Of a DNA stretch of 64,000 bases, positions 54,201 to 63,200 are shown piece after piece. The notes under the pieces were generated by a model that was not told the origin of the DNA, made no database searches, and saw only the letters and a list, made by a program, of their open reading frames with translations. The stretch spans positions 631,971 to 695,970 of the forward strand of contig JAQGDQ010000050.1 in the NCBI GenBank assembly GCA_030141605.1. Reading direction: 5' to 3'. This DNA is from Tubiluchus corallicola. Its lineage: Eukaryota > Animalia > Priapulida. Numbering within the stretch: the stretch's first letter is position 1; the number at the start of each line of letters is the position of its first letter. Position numbers and translations under genes: made by a program.

Positions 54201-57200
54201 TAATATTATCTTGATGATTAACTGCACATTTCTATGTTGGCAGAATAGTTTATAGTTTTGATTTGATGACACAAGATACAGAGAGAATTATGGCTAGATT
54301 ACTTTTTCGTATCCTACGCGAATGTAAGAAGGCATGCAGGTTAATATTTATAAACAAAGCTGATGTCATAGTGATTTAAAGTGACATTAAAGAAACAGTT
54401 TTTTCTTAATAGAACTTTAATTACAAGAAAAAATTCACATTATTTAAGCAATTTCCACAAACAACTTCAGGCCTCAAGCTGGTAATTTGCATTTCTACTT
54501 ACTAGTATGCAAACCATTCCATAGTTCAGACCACTCATTTGATGACAGAGTTAGTCTGTTTCAGCTAAAATTATCTGGTATTTTTTTCAAGAGCTCAATT
54601 CTTGTGTTACACAATGACTGTATAATCTAGATTCACCTTTTAAATCAAATAGAAAATTGAAAAATGTCATGTCCCAAATTTGGTGCTGGACAATGATTGC
54701 ACAATTTTCTAGTAGCAGCAGAATTTTAGTAGATTAACACTTAAAGCTTTCTTTTTCTTGTTTTTATTACACGCCCAGAAACATGTGTACACATTTGTTG
54801 TCTAAACTGCTTTTAATAATTATAATGTGTTTAAAATGTTTTATAAGGCAATCTATGATTAACATGTACAATAAAATTAGTGATCCTTCTTCGTTCAGGT
54901 TGTGAGTAATTGATTGCTCAATTCTTATTTCGAGAATTCATCTGAGTTTTTTCCATAGGTGATGAAGAAGCTGACGTGCAATTGACAGCGCCAAAAGTTT
55001 ATGAGCCCATTCATTCCATAGACTTAATCAAGAACAAACTGCAGAATTACATGCAGCAACACAACGAGACTCAGCGTGGTGCTGGACTTGATTTGGTCTT
55101 TTTTGCCGTAAGTTTGCTTTGATAATACTTCATATATCCTGTAGCGGATAGCCCTATAGGCTGAATAGGCTGAAGCCTAAGGTCCGGGATCAAAAGAGGC
55201 CCGGCAAAATCCGGATTTATGACGATACGCCATATTTCTGAAAATAAAAATATAAGAATAAGTACTAATAAGAATAATATAAGAATACTTACTAATAAGT
55301 ATAAGAAATTAGTAAGAAACTAAAGTTACTTTCAGAGTTTCTGATTGGCTTATTTTAGTTGACATCTAACCCAGAAACTCACCAAGCTGTAATCGTGTTT
55401 ATATAGTCCTAGTCCACAACTCAAGGATCAAAAAGATATAATTTTTATCACAATCGGTGGGCAAAAACTCACAAAATTAAACAAACTTACAAATGACGAG
55501 AGCTCCACAAAAACACGTCAGCTCAGCAGTGTAGCAACATTTAAAAGGCTCGTTCCAAGCTCAAGCCTAAGGCCCATAAAATCATAATCCGCCGCTGCAT
55601 ATATCACTGCTACGCATTAACCAGAACAAGGCTGCTTAACAAAAAATAATAAGCTTTTCATCGTAATTACGTTTGTGTAACTTTAAAATATTCATTGTTG
55701 CCACATATTGACTGTTCGGTCCACATCTTTGCTTGTTTTTTAATTCTGCAGGCTTATAGAATGTCAATGAGATTTCTATGTTTTTGTGTTTATATTACAT
55801 TGTTGTGAGTTAACTGTCTCTGCTTAAGCTTGTATAGGTCTAGAAACAAAGTGCTTAATTATGGGTTAATCCTGGTTTACCATATGTGCCATAAACCTAA
55901 ACAGTACTTGCACTGTACTATTAACTACACTATCTATTTTGTATGCATAAATTTAAATGGCACCATTTGCATTATTTAAATATGTAATTATGTATGCATG
56001 CAATGCATGCAGGCGTGCTCAGTATGTGTGTATCCGTATGTGTGCGTGCGGTTAACTCATTCATATTGCTGTTTTCAGGATGCTATGGTTCATCTGGTAC
56101 GCATTGCTCGAATCCTGCGCACCCCTCAGAGTAACTGTTTACTTGTTGGTGTAGGCGGGTCAGGAAAAATGGTTCTTACCAAACTGGCATCTTTTATAAA
56201 TGGTTACCAATTTGCACAGATTACCTTAACACGGTAAGCGTGACTCAGTACATGCACTTGTTATACTGTAGAGACAATCAGTCAGAATTGTTGTGTCATG
56301 TAATTACAAGACATTGAAAATGCTGTGGATCTGATCAGCAAAATAAACAAGGCTTTCAAGCCTGCCTTATGACAAAGTTACCTTGAGAAGTTAGTTCGGT
56401 AAAGTCCTCAAGAAGGTTCAGGCTTGCGGAGCATAGAAAGTGAACTGGCTCTATCGATCATATACACTACTTTTTGATTTAGAGGGCAGGTTGATTCTTC
56501 CGCAAGAATAATTCCGAAAAAAAGGATTTGTAATATATAAACAGTCTAATCTGTTGGAGTGCGAACAAATTTGCATTCTGTGCAGTTGACATTTTTTATG
56601 AAAGTCCACATGTGTGTTCTTTGTTACTCCCTGAAGTTTGGTCAGCCGTGTTTTTTAAAATACTAGTCGAAATTATGTTGTACATGAAACTTGTTTATGA
56701 TACTGTACTTATATCAACTGAACTGCACAATGTTTAAATGTTTGAGCCACATTCACATTAGAGGCAGACTTAGATTAAACACCATTTGTGTGAAATTGTG
56801 ACATCATCTTCATCGTGATACTTTAAAATTTCACTTTGACTTCTTCTACCTTTATGAAAAGTATGAAATGTCGTTTAGGATAAAGCAAGCCAAAATAAAT
56901 ACAATCATGTGTTGCTGCATTTAAAAAAATCTGTATAAGTGCTAAGCATGCCTTCTCTCTAAGCAAGAGCATTGTCATTTCTCATTTTAACCAGTGAGTA
57001 TCAATTGAAGTGAAGCAGATTAATGTCTCAATGTATCAGGTGACTCAGCCAAAGCAAAAGTAATTCATAAGTGCAACTTCGGTTATCTGACTATAGTTAC
57101 AATTTTTGTAGAGGCTATAATGTGAGCAATTTACTGGAAGATCTTAAGTCATTGTACAGGAAAGCAGGGCTGGACGCCAAGAAAATAACTTTCTTCTTCA

Positions 57201-60200
57201 GTGAAAAGGTCATCAAGGACGACTCTTTTATGGAGTATATGAACAATATTTTAAGTAGTGGAGAGGTACTTGGTTTGTTATTTTCAGTGTTTTGTTTAGT
57301 TTTAGGACTTAAAATGTAAGATGTTTTGCATATAAATTAATCTACAAGTAACCAAATTAAATAGTAATTATATCTCAGTATAGTATGAAAACGTTGAATA
57401 GATAAGTGATGTAAAACTAGGACCAACAATGCTAAATGTATTGCATTTGTCTTGACATCAAATTACAAAAATCTAATATGTTTTGCAGTATTAACTATAT
57501 TATTTTGCAATTTCTTTTTAAATTTCACTTCAATTTTGCAGGTATCAAACTTGTTCAACCGAGATGAAATTGAGGAGCTATGTCAGTCTTTAACGCCCGT
57601 GTTTAAAAGGGAAATGCCACGGACAATGCTCACGACGGAAAATTTGTATAATTTCTTTTTGAGTCGAGTCAAAAATAATCTACACATAGCTCTTAGTTTC
57701 TCACCAGTATGTTTTAATACTTTTAGTTTTGATTTTTTTTACAGTGCAATATGGTGAATGTAATGTGCAGAATGTGCAGCATTTCTTTGTAGCTGCATAG
57801 TCATTTGTCACGAGTTATACGATGTACTTATAGAAAAAATTGTGCAAAGGTTATGAAAAATTTTCATACGAAAGCTGGAAAAGTGTAAAGCAAATTACAA
57901 AACTTAGTCACTTTCCAGCAATGGAGATTTCATCCATAGTAGGCCAATTTTTTTGCGGCTCTATCTTTTTTGAGAGGTCAATTAACTCTGTTAGTACAAA
58001 ATTGTTCATTAGCCGAATGGCCTGTTGTTTCATTCGAAGTTTCTGGGCATTCACCAAACCTAAACATGCTGATTACACTCATATAGAATCAAGATTTGAT
58101 CAGTTGCCAGACTAAAGTGGCGTTTACCAGCATACGGGATGCGTTATGTGTCATCCATCTGCAGAGTTGTTGCGTGATAAAAATTAATAGGAAATAGCTG
58201 CAAAAAAGTAACGCATAATGCAGGTCTGATAAACAGGTGCATTGAAAACTATATAAACCGATTTTATCCATTCCGCACCCGCATTCCCGATATCCACTAA
58301 ATGCCACTTAACACAATAATCTTGATTAACGTCCAAGTTTATAGCATTTACAAGAAACATTTCTTTAGTACGTGTCGCATTTCTCATATTGTTGAAAAAT
58401 GGACATTTAATGTAAATTGAATAAGAAATGGACATTTTTATTTATTATACACTAAAAGACACCCATGTTTAAATAATAAATAAACGTTGTCATTTAATAA
58501 TAGTGATGATAATGATGACGATAATATTAAACAATAATAATTATCATTGATAATTATGTCAACGTCACCAAACAGTTGCATTATTGCATTAAATTATTAC
58601 AAGTTTATTCACTTTTTACAGGTCGGAGAACGATTTAGAAACTGGGCATTAAAATTTCCAGGACTAATAGCTGGGTGTACAATGGACTGGTTTCAAAGAT
58701 GGCCAAAAGATGCTCTTGTTGCCATGTCTGAACACTTCCTAGAACACTTTGAAGAAATACCCTCCCAGGAAGTGCGATACTCACTAGTGTCTGCTATGGC
58801 TGACTTTCAGGTGCCTTTCAATTAAGAAACTATAGAAGAAGTACTTTAGTCATTCTTGTAAAAGTATTTGTGACAATAATTAGTTAATATTCCTCATGAG
58901 TACAATATAACCAATAATTTAATAACTATAAGAACTGGGAATTAGCACCTGTTAGTAGGTAAATTGTTAAAAATGTATTAATTAGCTAATAGTTTTTGTT
59001 CTGTTGTTTGTTGTTATTGTTAATTGTTGTTGTCATCATCGCCGTCATCACCACCACTGCTGGCGCTGCTGCTGCTGTTGCTACCACTTTGCTTTTGTTA
59101 TGTATTTTATTCTTGTGCAGGACTTAGCTGTGGATATGTGCAACAACTACTTCCAACGTTTTCGACGGCAGGTTCACGTAACACCAAAAACCTACCTATC
59201 TTTTCTGAATAGCTATAAAGACGTTTATTGTCGCAAGCTTCATGAAATTAATGTTTTGTCTAAGAGAATTAATAATGGTACTCATACTTAACTAAAAATT
59301 CATTTGCACCGATACTGCAGTGTTTAACAATGTGAGTTTTTTAAAGGAGCACTGCTACACAATAAAAGTATCCCTTCTCAGTGCAGTTGTTGTTACAGAG
59401 CCTGTTATTATCGGTTTATTTGTTTGGTTCTTTTATATGTGCCACAATACATTGGTTTATGTGTGCTACAATACATTGGTCAATGGTGTGGTGCATGTTT
59501 TAATACTTCTGTAATCACTGCATGCTGCAAGTGTTCACATTTCATAAATTTTCTGCTTAGCAACAATTTGTTGCCACAACAACAAACTTTTATTTTTCCA
59601 TTTAATAGCAATTGCTTTATTTGAACAACCATTTTTTGCCTTCATATCAAACCAGAATACAAACAAATCCACTTCGACTGATAAAAGTCTGTTATATTTT
59701 ATGAAGATGTTTGATTGTAGCTGAATTCAGCAACCACTTTACTTGTGTTTATGTTATCAAATGAATAACTCTGTATGAACAGACAAGAGAAAAAAGGATC
59801 GGTCAGTAGCTTTTCCAGCTAAAAAAAGTTTCATATCATGTCACCATTGTTCAGCTAGGAATAGAAACTTTTAAAATTTAAATATTTAAATATCTTGGCT
59901 TACAAAGTCATAGCACATGCAGCTAGTAACTTTTTACATTATGTAACTAAATGGCAAATAAATGTAAAATCAGAGAACGTTAGATTTAGAAGCACTAATG
60001 ATTTTTCACTTTGGACTGCATTTCTATGCTTTTAAACATTTTTATAGAGCCACTGCTTTATTAAAAATGTTTATTTAACATAGCATATGACTGAGAGAGT
60101 GCTGTTAATAAAGGAGTTGATGTATTAATTATAACAACTCTGCAAATTATTTTAGAATTGACATCTCATTTTAATGCATAAATATTTCTTGTAATTACTT

Positions 60201-63200
60201 GTTAATTTTACATTTATTTATATAATCCATGCGAAGTCATTTTTTGTGGATAATTTATTCACAAGGTCACAAGTCATGTAAGCATAAAATGTACAATTGA
60301 TATTGTATTTTTTCAACTGATGATTTAATTACGTATTAGTAAATAATTTGTTTAAAAATATCAAATTTCTTTCCTGATTGTGTAATATTTCTACAGCCGT
60401 TTCTCTCATTTAAGCAAATTTGTGTACTTGTTATGAGTTGATATTTAAAGTTGCATACATGCTGTTTATCCAGTCTAGCTATTGATGTTTGTTTAATTAC
60501 TCTCTTATTATCAGGTTTGGATAAACTTCAGGAGGCTACCGAATCTGTTGAACAGTTGTCACGCGAACTTACTGTTAAAGAGGTTCAATTGCAGGAAGCC
60601 ACTATAAAGGCTGAGCAGGTATACTGTGTATTAGTAATAGTGGCTAATTAGCTTTTCTAACAATGGCGACTTACCCTGAATATTTTTATTCACCGCAAGT
60701 GACTAGTGTTTTACTGTGCAGCATTTGCATCCATTAAAAATAATCCAAATATTTACCTTTGTAAAGTGCCTTTGACAAATACCGAAAGCATGTCATTCCT
60801 GTAGCTTATAGAAAATTGGACATGTTCTGCATGTGATTAGCGTAATTCCTCTGCAACACTGGACTGACAATCACCTGGACAGGAAGTAAGCACACATCTT
60901 AATTGTAACTAACTATTTGTCAATGTATAAAGCTGCAGTATGTGGTAATTTTAAGATATTTAATAGTAGCCTGACTAGCTTCTTCATGATTATTAGGTAT
61001 TAAAAGAAGTAACAGTTAAAGCTACAGATGCTGAAGAAGCAAAAACACAAGTACAGCATGTGAAGGATCGTGCACAGACTTTGGTGGACAACATTGCTGT
61101 AAGTTTGCACTGTGATTCCACATGTAATTTGGCACGGCATGAAATGAAGCATATTTTCCTGGCTTTTCTCTATACTAAAAGAGCATACAGACACAAGTAT
61201 AGAACTTACATGAAAACCACTAATGTATACTATTGTGATATTTATGGTCACATGAAATATGTTACTGTGTGCTATAAATGTCAAATTTTTCACAATACTA
61301 TGAACATTATAGTAAATTTTAAAGTAAAAGCTCAAGCTCTTCTCTATATGCATTAGTATTTAATGTCAGAATGTCAGAGTATCATCAAAGACTGGCAAGC
61401 ATTTCATATTTTACTGAAAAACAGTTCAATGAAATTTGAATTTTTAAATTTGTAGGCAGACAAAACTGTAGCTGAAGCTAAGCTGGAGGAAGCACGACCA
61501 GCCCTTGAAGAAGCTGAACAAGCCCTTCAAACAATTCTTCCGGCTCACATAGCAACCGTGCGGAAGCTAGGAAAGCCTCCACATCTTATCATGCGCATTA
61601 TGGATTGTGTACTTATACTACAGCGGGTAAGTTATTTCACTTTCTGGTGTTATTTCAAGACATTATAGATCATCAGCGTAATTTGTAGTTTTGTGTTTCT
61701 CGAATTTTTTGTTTTAATTTTAGGGTACCCAATGTGTTATGTATTATGTATTATGAATCTTTAAGCAAAGACTTACTGTGCTATGTGTATGACTCATCTC
61801 AAAAGTGTAATAGAGCCAGTGAGTGTATTTTACTTATTGTGGCTCTTTTAGTTTTTTGTAATTGCATCAGAAATCGGTCAAAATTAAGTTTCTTGCATTA
61901 GAATACACTCAAACTTAATTAAAATTTTTGAAAAGTAAGTATGCTTAATCCATGTTTAAGCTAAAACTTACGCTTACATGTAGATAAAATACTATCTTGA
62001 TCATGTAATGTAGTTTGCAGAAGTGTTTTTTGCAAGTATATCTACTATCTGCCATTACTCAAATTAAATACTGACATTTCTAATTCAAAATACCTATCTA
62101 TTCGTTCCATAAATCACCAAACACTCCTTAACCACAGTATCATTTGAATATAATTGATGATTGTTTTTTTATCAAATTATTATCAAATGTGAATTTTTTA
62201 CAATTTGAAATTGTTTAACTAATCATTATTACTGAGTCCAGCATTACGTTCAGAGTAAGAAAACATTTGAACCTAGCAAAACAATTTAACGTTTCCTAGT
62301 GTAACAACGAAATTGCTTTCTAACCATTTTAAACATTTTGCATGGCATCGTTATGTTGTGGGTCAAAGCCATTAATTTCAGAGACTTTTATTTTTTATTA
62401 ATTTTTTTATTTCTTCTATAATATAGATAGTTTTATTTCATTTAATTGAGACCCGTTTGTTTTCGACTACTTGCCTATTTTTGACAGTTTTTGTTAATTT
62501 TTCGTTGAATAAGTAATACGTAGTTAATATTTTTCGCAGAAACGATTGCTCAGAATGGTACCAGATAAGAACTATGCATGCCCTACACCTGCTTGGCATG
62601 AATCACTTAAAGTAATGAGCAGTACTTCATTCTTACAGTCTCTGCTAACATTTCCAAAGGTCAGTACAACTTTATTACTTAACAAGTTTAGCGAAAGTGC
62701 ACAAAGAAGATGGTAAATCGTCAAAAACTTGTCAAACTGCAATTTGTTTTTTTATCATTTTTTTACATGCCTCGTTTTGCCTTTTACAATTCTTGTGCAA
62801 TTAATTACACTATACATTTAGATAAACGTTTTTCTGTGAGATAGCCAACCACTTCTGTAAGATCATGTATGTAGAAGTAATATCGATTTTTATTGCATGT
62901 TGAATTCTTATTTTATAACAGGTGACTCATTTGAATTGAAGAGCATTCACTATTTTACAGTAAAATTGAAAATGAGTTCTAATATGATTTGTTGAAACAG
63001 TTCAAACTAAGTGTGATATCAAAGAGTTAATGCCTTTGTATTTGTAATGGTGAGAGTTTTTTGTTCATTCCTTTGTATCAATTTAATGCATTTTTCACCT
63101 CTGCCAACAGATTTGTTTTGTAAAAATGCATTACAAGAAATTTGTATGGCTACTATTAATATTGTTTTGTATGTAGGACACCATTAACGAAGAGATGACA

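Noticed and set aside
57760-58460. CpG-richer intronic patch, with similar patches near 30900-31500, 48370-49510 and 50220-50520
   Set aside because: Probably old TE fragments, but I could not define termini, TSDs or coding motifs, so they are not annotated.
59004-59120. Cys/His-rich in-frame extension upstream of exon 49
   Set aside because: Compound trinucleotide microsatellite in the intron; the acceptor at 59120 already gives the expected dynein junction.
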